64,000 nt of DNA from Tubiluchus corallicola (GCA_030141605.1 JAQGDQ010001063.1:1-64000); one strand, 5' to 3'. Counted from the first letter of the stretch, positions 23,483 to 37,597 are shown. Translations and numbers: made by a program. The notes: generated from the sequence alone by a model not told the origin.

Positions 23483-25531
23483 TCATCAAGATGCGCCATT
23501 GATCTATAACGCAGAGTAATTATTGCTGATCAAACTTGCAGTGGAAGCCAAAATATGAAAAACATGATTATCGAACAAAAGTTTGCTGTACGTATTTGAT
23601 ATTTATAAAATTGAAATTCTCTAAGCTTGCTATTGCAGCTGCTCTGTGATATTTCATTGTATGTTTATGAGTAACATCGCCATCGTCACCGTCATCGCTG
23701 TTGCTAATGGTGCTGCTGGTATGGATGTTAGTGAGAGCGAATGAGTGGGTGTAATGCTGTGAATGCCGTTGCTGCACTGCTACTACAACGAATAAAATTA
23801 ACCCCCTCGCCCCGACTGGTGCCGCCCCCTACGAATCATGGGATCAATCAATTTCTAAACTGTTCAACTTGAGACGGGAACTATTTACCAGTGGTGCGTG
23901 ATCAGGCTGTTGGTTATAGCTGACAGGCTACAACACAATCGGAAATAAGTAAATAGAATCCTGCAATATTATTTGGTAAGTACTAACATGAGATCCTGTT
24001 GCATTTGCACAATATAAACTCAGCATGAGCTGGTTTAACTTACACAAATCAAGTATCACTGAACGACACGATATGCAATAATTCCCGCTCGTCTAACCAA
24101 AACAAATGTCAACTGAATATGTTTCTTTCAAATAAAAGAATGACGCTTTGACGAGTGTCGGACATGTGAGAATCGAGGATCTGAATTGCTCATCGTCAGA
24201 CTGTTACAGTTGTGCTTCAAATTTGACTAATTAATATTTATTGCAGGTAGAAGTAGAAAAAGATAATATATAGAATTACCACGAACAAAATCTGGTTTGT
24301 TCAAGTAAATAATATAATTTTGCAATTAGCAGCTATCACTTTATTACTTACTTGTGTATTAACATATTACTATGTATTATATACAATAGACACCTAAAAG
24401 TCCAAAAATTTCAAATTTTATCACTGCACGCTTAAGCGCGTGATTGACGCATGCGCAAACAACTGATAGCTCATTAATCATGAATCACTTTTAATAATCA
24501 ATCGTTAAATTTTTAATTTCCGTATTTTATAGACGCTGTAGCGGGTACTATATGCTGATAATTTGCACTTGTTATTGTGTTTGTGGAAACGCAATATTGT
24601 GATTAGATTTATTGAAAAAAAACACAATATAAAATAAAATGTCTAAATAAAATGAAACAAAAATAAAAGGGTTTTCCAAAGATCTTTGTTCATTTCAAGC
24701 TTTTTCAATTTAGAATTTAAATTATCATCAAGTCCTTAAAAGTTTAAAGCGAAAAATTAAATAATGAATTAAATTGTACAAACTGAAATTCCTCTTCTCT
24801 CTCTCTCTCTCCCTCCCTCTCACTCCATCCCACTCCAGGTGAAGGTGAGACGTGGGGGGTGATTAGAGAAAGCATGATAGAGGGAGTGGAATTTTTTTAC
24901 AAAAAAACTACCATTTACACTGAAGAAAGAACTAAAAACAACATACATCTTTAAAACGAGAATTTCATCATTTCATATGATTAAAGGAGAAGTCCATCAA
25001 TTTCATCACATCCCGTTTCTCCTCAATTCACTCCAGTCCTTTAGATTACAAACTTGTAATAGCAAAAGTTTGCAAAACCGTCGCACACTCGTACATACAT
25101 GCAGTCAGATGACGGCATTCCTAAAAATCGCCACTCATGCCTAAAATTTCTAATCGAAGTTGGAGCCAGCCGTCAACACATAAAAGGTGACAACAGAAAG
25201 GTGATAGAGGTATCAGGTGCTCAGTTATTAGAAGATAATGAGACCATAATGTTTTTATGGAGATACCACCTGCATATACCATTTCCTAAATACAATAATA
25301 ATAATACTAACACACTATATATATATAAAACACACACACTATATATATATATGGTGTGTGTGTTTTATATATATATATATATATAGTGTGTTATTATTAT
25401 TATTATTGTTATTTAGTGTTGTAATATTATGTATACAGATATTATTAGTGTTAGCAACATTATTGTGCAATATAAAATTAGTATGTTGCAACATTATTAG
25501 TCTTGCAATACACATGCACGCAAGCACGCAT

Positions 25532-25534
<3 letters not shown>

Positions 25535-25595
<61 letters not shown>

Positions 25596-25599
25596 GCAC

Positions 25600-25627
<28 letters not shown>
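25535..25627. repeat. (CA)n microsatellite near the S2-S3 exon donor
   Basis: Direct reading. Confidence 0.95.
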
Positions 25628-25633
<6 letters not shown>

Positions 25634-25785
25634 GGTAACATTTTTGGTGGAAACACTAATAAAAATTCCACTAAGCAGCATTTTTGACTTTTACTTTTTC
25701 ATGCCTTTGTGTTTTTTATAAAAACTGCTAACTTTGGCACTAAAATACAAAATTAAGAAGGCGTATGCGAGTATTTGTGACTTAC

Positions 25786-25914
25786 GCTAAGACAATAACA
25801 GAGAAGTCCAGCCAGTTCCATGGATCACGAAGATATGTATGTCGATTAAGAATAAATCCTCGAGCTATGACTTTAACTACCATTTCTAAAGTGTAAACAC
25901 CAAGGAAGATATAT
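25786..25914 (-). CDS. Nav2: Nav channel domain I S2-S3 exon: [42 protein letters not shown](A)
   Basis: Minus strand atttcag|A TAT ATC ... TTA GC|gtaagt; 129 nt, phase 2 to 2. Diagnostic ARGF...[10 protein letters not shown] motif. Confidence 0.97.
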
Positions 25915-25978
25915 CTGAAATAAATAAAATAAGATCTTTCTTAATCTTGTGCGTGGTTAAAAACAGGGCGCGCTAAAA

Positions 25979-26216
25979 GTAATGATACCTCCTACACATC
26001 ATCACTGTACTACTTCAATGTACAGTATCAATATAAAATGACCAATCAAAAATACATAGTAATGATATCTGCTACACATCATCACTGTACAACTTTAATG
26101 TACAGTATCAATATAAAATGACCAATCAAAAATACATAGTAATGATATCTGCTACACATTATCACTGTACAACTTTAATGTACAGTATCAATATAAAATG
26201 ACAAATCAAAAATACA
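25979..26216. repeat. About 80-bp tandem repeat, 3 copies, just upstream of the S2-S3 exon acceptor
   Basis: gtaatgatatctgctacacatcatcactgtac...caaaaatacata repeated. Confidence 0.9.
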
Positions 26217-26307
26217 CCAATCGATAAAGAAATTCACTAAGTATGGCATCAATTAGTATTACTACGAATTATAAGGAAAAATAATTGAGCGTTCACAGTG
26301 TGTGCTT

Positions 26308-26380
26308 AGCGATGGAAGTTAAGAAGCCCGAAGCTTAGTCAGTGGATGGACGAATGACCACCGGGAGAATTGCTTCTAGG
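26308..26380 (+). mobile_element. Degenerate 5S rRNA-like segment (possible SINE remnant)
   Basis: ggaagttaagaagcccgaagcttagtcagtggatggacgaatgaccaccggg resembles the 3' half of 5S (GGAAGCTAAGCAGGG...TTAGTACTTGGATGGGAGACCGCCTGGG) but is heavily diverged. Confidence 0.35.
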
Positions 26381-26469
26381 CAATTTCATAACCTCTGCCA
26401 GTCCAATGGCTCATCTTAGAACATTACAGTTGATGGGTTCCGTCCTGCTACAATTGTCCTACGAATGAG

Positions 26470-27560
26470 TTGAAAATATTGAAAGGCGATGACTGTGAAT
26501 CAAAAAGGAAAAGACGCATTGACAACGAGAAGAAAAAATTGGGAGGCAGTGACAATGAATCAAAAAGGTAGAAATGCAAAATGGACATTGAAATCAAGCT
26601 ATGACAACGAACTGAAAAAGTTAGGTGGCAATGACAATGGATTGAAAAAGTAGGGCAGCAATGACAATGGATCGAAAATGTTAAGAGGCAATGACAATGG
26701 ATCAAAAAGGTTGAGAGGCAAAGACAATGAACGGAAAAAGCTGAGAGGCAAAGCCAATAGATCAAAAAGTTGAGAGGCAAAGCCAATGAACAGAAAAGTC
26801 TGAGAGGCAAAGCCAATGAACAGAAAAGTTTGAGAGGCAAAGCCAATAGATCAAAAAGTTGAGAGGCAAAGACAATGAACAGAAAAGTCTGAGAGGCAAA
26901 GCCAATGAACAGAAAAGTTTGAGAGGCAAAGCCAATAGATCAAAAAGTTTGAGAGGCAAAGACAATAGATCAAAAAGTTTGAGAGGCAAAGACAATGAAC
27001 AGAAAAGTTTGAGAGGCAAAGACAATAGATCAAAAAGTTGAGAGGCAAAGCCAATGAACAGAAAAGTCTGAGAGGCAAAGACAATGAACAGAAAAGTTTG
27101 AGAGGCAAAGCCAATAGATCAAAAAGTTGAGAGGCAAAGACAATGAACAGAAAAGTCTGAGAGGCAAAGACAATGAACAGAAAAGTTTGAGAGGCAAAGC
27201 CAAACGATCAAAAAGTTTGAGAGGCAAAGACAATGAACAGAAAAGTTTGAGAGGCAAAGCCAATAGATCAAAAAGTTTGAGAGGCAAAGACAATGAACAG
27301 AAAAGTTTGAGAGGCAAAGACAATGAACAGAAAAGTCTGGGAGGCAAATACAAATGGACTGAAAAGGTAGGTCAGTAATAACAATGGATTGAAAAGGCTG
27401 AAAGGCAAAGACAAACGATTGAAAAGGTAGAGTGGTAATAACAATGGACTGAAAAAGTAGGTCGGTAATGACAATGGATTGAAAAGGTTGAACGGTGATT
27501 GCAACGGATCGAAAATATTGGATGGTGATGGCAATGGACTAAAAATGATGCAATGATGAA
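26470..27560. repeat. 29/30-bp minisatellite with homogeneous core and decayed flanks
   Basis: Unit tgagaggcaaag(a/c)caat(gaacag/agatca)aaaagtt; diverged copies on both sides. Confidence 0.92.
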
Positions 27561-28249
27561 AATGAATTGAAAAGATTGGATGTCCGTGGGCAGTGATGGG
27601 AATAGATCGAAAGAGCTTTAGAAAATTTGCATTAGTAGATGACAAAAAGTACTATTATTATCGCTGATCGTGATCAAAGTTGACAAGTTTCCCCATAGTA
27701 CAAAGAATGTAACCTTTCTATAAACCCATTAAAATCTCTGCACGCTTACGCCTTTAAATGAAAGCTGTCAGATATCTAGGTATTTGAGAGATATCGATTT
27801 GATATGGAAACTATTCCTAATAACTTAACAAGAATGGAAACTAGTAAAAAAACAAAAATGCGTATTTTGTACGTTCACGTGGACTCACTATAAAATGCGC
27901 CTCCTTTTTTGCATAGCATACAGATAAAAGAAGTTTAAACCCAAGTTTGTGTAGTCCATCTTCCATGCATCTTGTTTCATTATAAATTCAGAGCTTCCCA
28001 AGATAATGATCTTGTCTTTATATTCCGGGTGATAAGTAATTAAAACCTTATTAACTCTCATGTGTAATTAATTACATTATAAATGTAGCGGTTAATTGCA
28101 AAATGAATTTCTGTATGATGAATATATGAACAGCTACATTTTATTATGTGAATGAGCGTTTTGCACCTACAAACTAGAAACTACAAAGTAATCAAGAAAA
28201 CCTTCGTACTTATCACTTTTAAAATACAAAAGTTGACGTTCCAAAACAT

Positions 28250-28840
28250 TTATTTTTGAAGCTTTCTCTACGCAATGTTTGTCTCTGCTTTTATTTTACT
28301 CTGCTTTTTATATTTAAATACATTAACAACATCAGCAAACCATTCCAGAATAATAGATTTACCTTTTTTCCAAATCCTATCGTTAATTCCAGTACAAGCA
28401 ATCTAAAACAAATTAGGACAAATACCCACTACGGAACGAACTCTGTAATCAAACAAGCAATTCTACTTTGGAATTCTCTATCATTACAGGTTAAACAAAT
28501 CAAGTCCCTATCAGCATTTAAAGCAAAATTAAAATCACTAATATTAACCAGATATGAAATACCATCACACCAGTACGACAACATACACGCTAATTCAGAA
28601 TTCATATATTCACGGCCATATTAATTAAATCATAGTTTTTTTTCATTTTTTGTGCATAGTTGTAAATATGTTTGATTTTATTCGCAGTTACTTTCCATTA
28701 CTGCACAGTAGTTTAGATTGCACTGACGCAATTGTCTTTAGCAGTGTAAGTTTTTATTAACTAACACTGATTGATCATCTCTGTAAAGTTTTTATCAGTG
28801 ATTATCAATGTATTTTAATAGCAAATAAAGATTATTACAT
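28250..28840 (+). mobile_element. LINE (CR1/L2-group) ORF2 C-terminus and 3'UTR remnant
   Basis: RTNTHYGTNSVIKQAILLWNSLSLQVKQIKSLSAFKAKLK is the typical LINE ORF2 end (WNSL...SL..FK..LK); ends aataaagattattac. Confidence 0.7.
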
Positions 28841-29954
28841 ATATATATATATGTCTCCCATTACTATATAGACTAAGTAAGCGCTGGTTAATAGACAATT
28901 TTTGAATGCGAATAAAGAAAGAAGCCACTGCAACAAATCGTCTAGACTCTTCAAAGCCTAGTGAAGCCACTACATCTACGTCATTGGCGCACAGGAAAAA
29001 AGCTCATTACCGTCAAACCGTTTCAATTATTAAACAGACATTACCGCAACTTGCACTGGCCAAATGGTTCAGCTGCTTGAGTAGATGTTATGACAGAAGA
29101 GCCCTGTCCCACGAGGGTGATTATTATGTTTTCTACCTAATGGGTCAACTCGTGAGCAGACACGCTGGAAGCTAAGCAATATGGAACTCATGGAAACAAC
29201 AACTTCAGGTAAAACGCAAGAAAAAAAGACAAGCAGACCGGTATCCTGTCCAGTATTCTAACTCAGTCCAAATTTTCTGTTTCTGAATTACAGGAAGGCA
29301 ACTACCTGCCATTACTGGTTTTAGTCGACTGTGTCATTCAAACACAGTGAATTAGTTTGTTTTCTACATGAAGAAATGCACCATAAATGATTAAATTTTG
29401 CCGTCCACCAGCGAAGTCTTATAGAACCCTAATGTCTATTTCTTTTTACACGATTCCTAAATGTTTACCTTATTAAACTCACGATCCTCATCACATTATC
29501 AGCAGTTACGTCTTAATTGAGGGACTCACATCCATACTGATGACTTGATATTATTTTCAATTTTTTACACATTCTAAAAAGCTGCCTGCCTTTCCCAGCG
29601 TCTATTCCCATTCGCATTCTTCATATGTCGGACATGCGTTAGTTCCCTCTCTCACCATTCCCAGGCGTCTCCGTCCCATCCAATCTATGTTAGCAACACT
29701 AAATCTCCTTAATTTAATTTCCTCCCCATCATTACAAATCAACTAAAGGAGAAACAGGCGCGTTTATTTCTCCGTCGAGTTGCAAGAAACTTATATCTGC
29801 ACTCAACAGACCGAGCGAGTCGTACAGCTGACAACGCAAACTCAATAAAGTCAAACAAAAATACTGAAAAGCGTTGCAGCTGTCATCAGTTAGACAAGGA
29901 ATGCATTGTATTCTTATTTTAGCTTCTCCATAACTCCAGATACTCGTTATTGTA

Positions 29955-31254
29955 GTGCCAGGAACAGAGCACTAGATATGTACTAAGAACACTTTGAAAC
30001 CGACTCCAGTTGTTTCTAGGGCAGTGCCAGGAACATAGTACTAGATATGCACTAAGAACACTTTGAAACCGACTCCAGTTGTTTCTGGGGTACTGCCAGG
30101 AACATAGCACTAGATATGTACTAAGAACACTTTGAAACCGACTCCAGTTGTTTCTAGGGCAGTTCCAGGAACATTGCACTAGATTTGTACTAAGAACACT
30201 TTGAAATCGACTCCAGTTGTTTCTAGGGCAGTGCCAGGAACATAGCACTAGATATGTACTAAGAACACTTTGAAACCGACTCCAGTTGTTTCTAGGGTAC
30301 TGCCAGGAACATAGCACTAGATATGTACTAAGAACACTTTGAAACCGACTCCAGTTGTTTCTAGGGCAGTGCCAGGAACATAGTACTAGATATGCACTAA
30401 GAACACTTTGAAACCGACTCCAGTTGTTTCTAGGGTACTGCCAGGAACATAGCACTAGATATGTACTAAGAACACTTTGAAACCGACTCCAGTTGTTTCT
30501 AGGGCAGTGCCAGGAACATAGCACTAGATATGTACTAAGAACACTTTGAAACCGACTCCAGTTGTTTCTAGGGTACTGCCAGGAACATAGCACTAGATAT
30601 GTACTAAGAACACTTTGAAACCGACTCCAGTTGTTTCTAGGGCAGTGCCAGGAACATAGTACTAGATATGCACTAAGAACACTTTGAAACCGACTCCAGT
30701 TGTTTCTAGGGTACTGCCAGGAACATAGCACTAGATATGTACTAAGAACACTTTGAAACCGACTCCAGTTGTTTCTAGGGCAGTGCCAGGAACATAGCAC
30801 TAGATATGTACTAAGAACACTTTGAAACCGACTCCAGTTGTTGCTGGGGCAGTGTCAGGAACATAGCACTAGGTATGTACTAAGAACACTTAGAAACCGA
30901 CTCCAGTTGTTTCTGGGGCAGTGTCAGGAACATAGCACTAGGTATGTACTAAGAACACTTTGAAACCGACTCCAGTTGTTTCTGGGGCAGTGTCAGGAAC
31001 ATAGCACTAGATATGTACTAAGAACACTTTGAAACCGACTCCAGTTGTTTCTAGGGCAGTGTCAGGAACATAGCACTAGATATGTACTAAGAACACTTTG
31101 AAACCGACTCCAGTTGTTTCTAGGGCAGTTACAGGAACATAGCACTAGGTATGTACTAAGAACACTTTGAAACCGACTCCAGTTGTTTCTAGGGTACTGC
31201 CAGGAACATAGCACTAGATATGCACTAAGAACACTTTGAAACCGACTCCAGTTG
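29955..31254. repeat. 69-bp minisatellite (about 19 copies) with alternating variants
   Basis: Unit gtgccaggaacatagcactagatatgtactaagaacactttgaaaccgactccagttgtttctagggca; accounts for ORF 29919-30800. Confidence 0.97.
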
Positions 31255-32439
31255 TATATCTAGCGTGTAAAGAGTTATTAATACTTCTTCATGTAACATT
31301 GTTGTGATAACTATTTTTAATAATTGTATGAATCAAATGTTAATTGTTCTGTACGCTCGAGCCACAATATTCCTTTGTAAGGGAATTTTGTCGCTAATAA
31401 ACGTCTCTTTCACTGTTGATTAAAGCTGTCTTGTTTGTTTGTAATGTAATGTAATTGTGGTTTAATAAACAATAAACATATGTAGGGCATATCATAACAA
31501 AACTCGCATCTGATAACCAGGATATTACGATATAGAATAGGCTTCTTGCTACTAGAGCAAACATTCTTATTAGAAATTTTGCATTTTCTAGTAAAGATGT
31601 TGACATACAATTGTTTAAAACTTATCGCATAAGAATTTACGGTATGCCAGTTTAGAGAAATTACAATACCGATATTATTAAGGAACTGAAGTTACCTATA
31701 ACAAGTGTATAAGAAAGCTATTTCAATTGCCTTGTGACTGCAGGGCTAGTCAAATGTGTGTCGATATGCAAATGCTGCACTTTAACATAATTATACGAAT
31801 TATATCGATTAGATCACTATAGTAATATTCTAAAACAACGTATTTTAAATTCTGGCATCACTATGAATTCTTATATTTTTAGCAAGTGGATAACAATTTT
31901 ATTTACAAATGGCCATTCGTATTCATACCCATGCATTATACTGTACATGAGTTTTTTAAAGTTAGTTTTTAGCAGTGTTATATCCTTGTATGTATTTTAA
32001 GTTTTTATGTATTCATGGACTAGATTCCGAAATACATAAATCAATAATTCAACTCAATTCAATTCAAATTTATTACCTATCAAAGTTTTTAGTGTTCAAC
32101 TTAGAATAAAATATAAGTCATTAAAACGAGCTTAAAACAACAGCAATGATCTAAATTTGTTACATAATATAACGTGGATTTGTCAGACGACAAATGTTTA
32201 TGACATAAATTCAAAATATGTATTAAAAAAGATACAATAACTGTGATTGATGATGATGATAATTATATCGATGACAAAGATGAATCTGTTAATGAAACAG
32301 GTGAGGGTACTGACAAAGGAAATAATGTCAGTGGTAGAGTTCGATAAAGTACAACATTTATTCTCGTATACAATAAAACATATATATGTACATACAATGA
32401 TGTGATCCAGTGATTTTGGTTAAGGAACTTGTGTGGTAT

Positions 32440-32968
32440 TTAGGGATAAAAGTGGGGCAATAATAATCTATGTTACGTAGGTGTGGTTTGTTATTTACAA
32501 CTGGGGATAGAAGCCTCATGGCAGGTTTGTATTATCTGTTGAATTTAAAGTTGACTTTAAATAAGGATTGCTGTTGTTGTTATTATTATTATTATTGTTG
32601 TTGTTGTTGTTGTTATTGTTATTATTATTATTATTGTTGTTGTAGTTGTTGTTATTATTATTGTTGTTGTTGTTGTTGTTATTGTTGTTGTTATTATTAT
32701 TATTATTGTTGTTGTTGTTATAGTTGTTATTATTATTATTATTATTATTATTGTTGTTGTTATTGTTGTTGTTATTATTATTATTATTTTTGTTGTTGTT
32801 ATTGTTATTATTATTATTATTGTTGTTGTTGTTGTTGTTGTTGTTATTGTTATTATTGTTGCTGTTGTTGTTGTTATTGTTGTTGTTGTTGTTGTTGTTA
32901 TTATTGTTGTTGTTGTTATTGTTATTATTATTATTGCTGTTGTTGTTATTATTATTATTATTATTACT

Positions 32969-32999
<31 letters not shown>

Positions 33000-33002
33000 T
33001 TT

Positions 33003-33054
<52 letters not shown>

Positions 33055-33056
33055 CA
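32440..33056 (+). repeat. Truncated SINE 3' part followed by a (TGT/TAT)n microsatellite of about 490 bp
   Basis: tagggataaaagtggggcaata...gactttaaataa matches 15259-15380; triplet repeat from about 32568 to 33056. Confidence 0.8.
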
Positions 33057-33832
33057 TTAATACTGACACTAAGGATGACGACGATAGAATGAACAATGAA
33101 AATGAATCTGTGTTCAGCATCTAAACTAAAACTTTTATCTGGGACGGTTCGTGATTACAAAGCAATTATGAATTTCACATCCCGTGAATTCAATTACTGG
33201 AAGTTCCTTCCCATCCACTAGAACCAACAGCAATTTAAATTTCGCGCATACATTTAGCAATTGACCTACTATTTTGCGAGCAAGTTCTAATTCAAACTGT
33301 CCAGGAAATGAATCCGCGCTGGTAAGGAAATTTCCAGAATGAAAAGGCTGGTGTAATTAAATAGCAGAAAACGAGAAGTCTGAAAAGAGAGGCTTTCAAA
33401 ACGCCGCCCTTTTTGTCAGACGCGCCTTTGTAGCTGGACAAGAAATTTCTAATGTAATTTTAGTAGTTGCTCAATGAGAGCAGTTAACTAGGAAACCAAA
33501 CGCTAAGAAGATATGGCTTCACTCCTGATCAATGCAACTATGCTGTGTTATCCAGTAGTTCCACAATTAGTAAAATGACTTGTTAAAATAAAGCAAAACG
33601 ATTTTTTTCTGACTATAACTTATTTAGACTTATGATGTAAAATACACTTTGTTACTTTAGATATCTTAATAAATATTTGAATAACAAAGTTTTAGCTTAT
33701 GTAAGTTACATACTGTAAAAAAATCAGTCTGCAACGCAATTTGTTTCACTTTCCCCACACACTAGACCTTACATATGCAGCAAATTGTATCCGGTAAAAT
33801 TAATACGTCACACCCTCGTTATTAGACGTCAC

Positions 33833-34058
33833 AAAATAAAAATGACGACTAGCACCTACTTAAGACAAAACATAGCTTTTATTCAGATATAACATCTGCA
33901 ACGTTTCCACATGGTTACGTGTCATGCTCACAAATAATAACCTAAATAAAAACACAACGTAAAAAACATATACAAATACGGAAATGTTGCAGATGTTGTA
34001 TTCACATAAAAGCCATGTCTTTTCGTAAGCGAGTGCTGGGCTGTCATATTTATTTTTA
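33833..34058. mobile_element. Palindromic, MITE-like inverted repeat
   Basis: aaaataaaaatgacgactagcac...aacatctgcaacgtttcc pairs with ggaaatgttgcagatgtt...gtgctgggctgtcatatttatttt. Confidence 0.6.
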
Positions 34059-34079
34059 GACTTCGTTTTTCCTTCGTTT

Positions 34080-34500
34080 TAAACGGCAACCAAACACAGC
34101 TACCTATAGCTTATGTTAGAAACTAACCACAATTTGTGCAATGGCAGGTATCTTCCCTTGCGCGTCAACCACGTTCGCGTAAGTGCTAATGCTTAAACAC
34201 GTGATGTCACGAAAATGAGCTCTACGTCATATGACGTCAGAAACTAACACTGCATTTCATGATCACGTTTAAAACGGTACCATCTTCTATTTGTCAGCTA
34301 CGCGCATGTGACAAAAAGGCACCGTTGCCAGGAGTAGGTTCACAGAGCCGCGCGTAGCTTTGAAAGTTTAACAAAATTTGAGTATCAGAGGTAATTATTA
34401 TTTAATCTAAGCTGTGATTTAAAAAAAGCTGTTGTAGTTTTCAATAATTTAGAGCATTCTTCATTCTGAACTAATGTTTACACAATCGTCCGGTTTTTCT
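34080..34500 (-). mobile_element. Kolobok-like family B, partial reverse copy
   Basis: Reverse complement of about 45458-45875; ends acacaatcgtccggttttt. Confidence 0.75.
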
Positions 34501-34776
34501 GACGATTTCTGACAAATGTCCGAAAAACAGCATTTATCGAAGCCGTAAGTAGTAGCAAAAATCTGCGTCCGACAATTGTGTCAGAAAGATTTTGCATATT
34601 GTGTCAGAAAGATTTTGCATATTGTGTCAGAAAGATTTTGCATATTGTACACCCTGTAGAAGCTTAATTAACAGCGGCGACTAAGATCCATTTAACTGAC
34701 GATTCAATACGAACCGTAATAACTTCTAGCCTCTAGCAAGAAACTTAAGCCACTAAACTGAACCACGTATCTTCAT

Positions 34777-35156
34777 TAGGGGTGAGCATCGAACGTTGGA
34801 GTTCGAACTCGATTCGAATCCAAAACTATAGATTCGAATAATTCAGCACTTCGATCACGTGTTCTTTATCACTAAAACGATGGAAACATCGTGCAATTCG
34901 CATAATTTAGCTGTGATTTCTGCACACAATTGTAAACAAATTACTAGTCGTTTTATTGCAGAACAAAATCTAGTGATATGCATGATCTTTGTAATACTAA
35001 TTTTTGCTGTGGTTCGAAAACTTGTTCGAAAATCTTTCAATCTCAATTAGAATTCGGTTCGAATTCGAAACACTGAAGTTCGGTTCGATTCGAATTCGAA
35101 AGTCACAAATTCGGTTCGATTCGAATTCGCTTTCTGCTAGAAAATGCTCGCCCCTA
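34777..35156 (+). mobile_element. hAT-like MITE (TTCGAA-rich), copy 1
   Basis: TIRs taggggtgagcat and atgctcgccccta; 8-bp TSD atcttcat at 34769-34776 and 35157-35164. Confidence 0.9.
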
Positions 35157-35619
35157 ATCTTCATTAGAATATTGTTCCTTGCAAAATGCACATGACTCAG
35201 CTTCATAAGTGGCAAAGTCCCTGTCTCAGTCTTCGAGTAATTTATAGCCACAATCAGTACAGCTTGATGGTAATTGACAGTAGATTTTATAGGTCTACGC
35301 CTGTCAGGGTTTCCAGCACTACGACATACGACACATTAAATCATTCTATGAAATATGCATGGCATGTGGTTCAGTGTTCAGCTTCTAATGGGAAAATGAA
35401 ACCTGGTAAGATCTTTGTTAAGAAAAATGCAAACGAAAAACATAACAGTGAAGGGTTTTAGGTTGTACTTCAGTGTTCTTTCATTCTGTAACCCCCCCCC
35501 CCCCCATACTATCCTTTTTAACTGCATTCATGTATGTCTTGACTTGGCTTCTTTCTGTCATGCTCTACTGACAGAGCTAGTTTACCTGGCTAGTTGGCAG
35601 TCTGTTCTTGGTTAAGAGA

Positions 35620-35650
<31 letters not shown>

Positions 35651-36559
35651 TGTCTCAGTTAAACCATTTATTTGTCAAGAGTAGTAGAGCCATGATATAT
35701 AACTGTAATAAAGCTACTTAAACGTGAATTTTTTGACTTTGGGCATCATGAAGTAGTAGTCTCTCACAACAACAGTTGTCAGAGTATCTTGTAATTCTAG
35801 GTGTGTTGTTGTGTTACTCGTACTAATAATCGTTTTTCTTACACATATTTTAATAGTTTGGTCATATAATAAAGAAAATATTAATAAGATAAAGATAATA
35901 GTATGAAAAATGGATGGCATAATAAAATTTTTTTCGCCTTTTTCATTTGTCCTTTTTAATATCAATATTATAATATGTATACTAATATACATTAGGCCTA
36001 GCAGACAGCCCATTATGATTTTGTGGTGAAAAGGAGCAAACCTCTGATCATATATTATATATTGACCTAAAATGGTGGATAACAACAGCAATTGAACCAA
36101 CTTTGTAAAATTAATGGAAAACATGAACAAAGTTGACATACTACTTACTTATCAGTTTGACGTGAAGAAAGTTTTCGTAGAACTAACTAAAGATTGTTGT
36201 GCAATTTATTGTGCAAAATATCTGATTTAACGAAATGTAATATATAATGTAATAAGATTTTTTACAACACAAGAAATATGCATAAAAAATTAAATTTAAA
36301 AAACAGGAGGATAGTATCATGGGTACTAGTAGCGTTTTTAAACATTACTGGATACTTAATGCCTGCAGTTAGATATACAAATTGTATATACGTTACATAC
36401 TAATTATTGCACATTTATAATATGCTGATACATTCAAAAAGTACTAATAAAGATTTATTATAATATTAATTATATAATATACTGATATTCCAAGGAGATT
36501 ACCAGATAAATGACTATATTTGAATTGTGTAAGTTTGTAGTAAAAAGAGAGATACTTAC

Positions 36560-36640
36560 TCTGCTACATCTGATGGTTCGGTCTGCATGAGAAACACACA
36601 GTTAACAAGAATGGTTATCATCACGAAGTAATCAAAATAT
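36560..36640 (-). CDS. Nav2: Nav channel domain I S1 exon: YFDYFVMITILVNCVFLMQTEPSDVA(E)
   Basis: Minus strand ttttttag|A TAT TTT GAT ... GCA GA|gtaagt; 81 nt, phase 2 to 2. TIL.NCVF is the DI-S1 motif. Confidence 0.93.
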
Positions 36641-37597
36641 CTAAAAAAAATCTGGTCAAGGAAGAACCGGAAACACAGACAGGAATCACAAGCAATTATT
36701 ACTAGAAAAACCTGGTTTAAAAACGAAAGTGCGAAATCATGCGCAAATTATGTGCATTTCAACCAGAGAACCTAGACTAAATGTCACTACATGACTAAAT
36801 GACTACATTTCGCGTTATATTAAAAAATATTACAAAAATACTCCATAACATTCAACATTTAACATCTAAGAAATGGCTACACCTAGAACGCATAATGTAA
36901 CGACATCTGTTAACAACAAATAGATAACATTATAAGCTGGTAGCCTTTAATTGGGAGTTTAGTTTAGTGGTGCAACAACAGAGGGTGGCTTCGTCTGAGG
37001 GGGGCATTAATTTCATTAGCCTAGGGCGTCCAAAAGGTCATAGTCCAGCCCAGGTCATAAGACTTTTATAACTTGTTAGTTCCTCAATAAACTGTCATGT
37101 TTACAACCAAGGTTGCCAAGGTCAAGAATAGACACAGCTAGGTCGTGTTTCACAAATCTAAACTTCTGAAGAACAGTTTCAATCACAAACACGTATTCGC
37201 AGGAGACACTTAAGATAGCCTAGCGTCCTCTAGTGGTGACGGAGAAAAACAAAAATTGAAAGAAAAGCATTGAAGTTGACCAGTGACATAATAGTAGGCA
37301 AACGGGGTAAGATAGTTGACGTTCAAATTTATAACTTAAATGGGAAATGATGATGATGACGACAACGACGATGATAGTTAAATCAAAGTTCCAAAGGTGC
37401 CAAAGGAAATGTATAATCAGGCTGCAAGTATTGCAGTGCTGATAAAAATAATGGCAATATATAATGAAGATGATGACGACAATGATGACTGATGAACTCA
37501 GTGAAAGGATTGAAAAAAGTGCCAGTAGTAACACTAGAAGGCACAGATGACAGTACAAGGTCAGGCAGTTGAATGATATAGCTGTTGGAATAGCGAG

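Noticed and set aside
19094-25785. Downstream guanylate cyclase, kinase or HAMP exons for the NIT genes
   Set aside because: No such motifs seen by eye on the + strand and both genes have in-frame stops. Small exons cannot be fully excluded without RNA data.
6003-25785. Duplicate mutually exclusive DI S3-S4 exon, as in vertebrate SCN 5N/5A
   Set aside because: No second LRTFRVLRALKT-like exon found by eye on the minus strand.
26308-26380. 5S rRNA gene
   Set aside because: Only a degenerate 3' half; the 5' half is missing.
29955-31254. CRISPR-like appearance of regular repeats here and in other arrays
   Set aside because: Units are head-to-tail with no unique spacers, there are no cas genes, and the context is a eukaryotic intron.
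31394-31606. Hydrophobic minus-strand ORF (LVARSLFYIVISWLSD) as a possible Nav exon
   Set aside because: No real match to channel motifs, and the flanking exons at 36560 and 25914 already join in frame without a gap.
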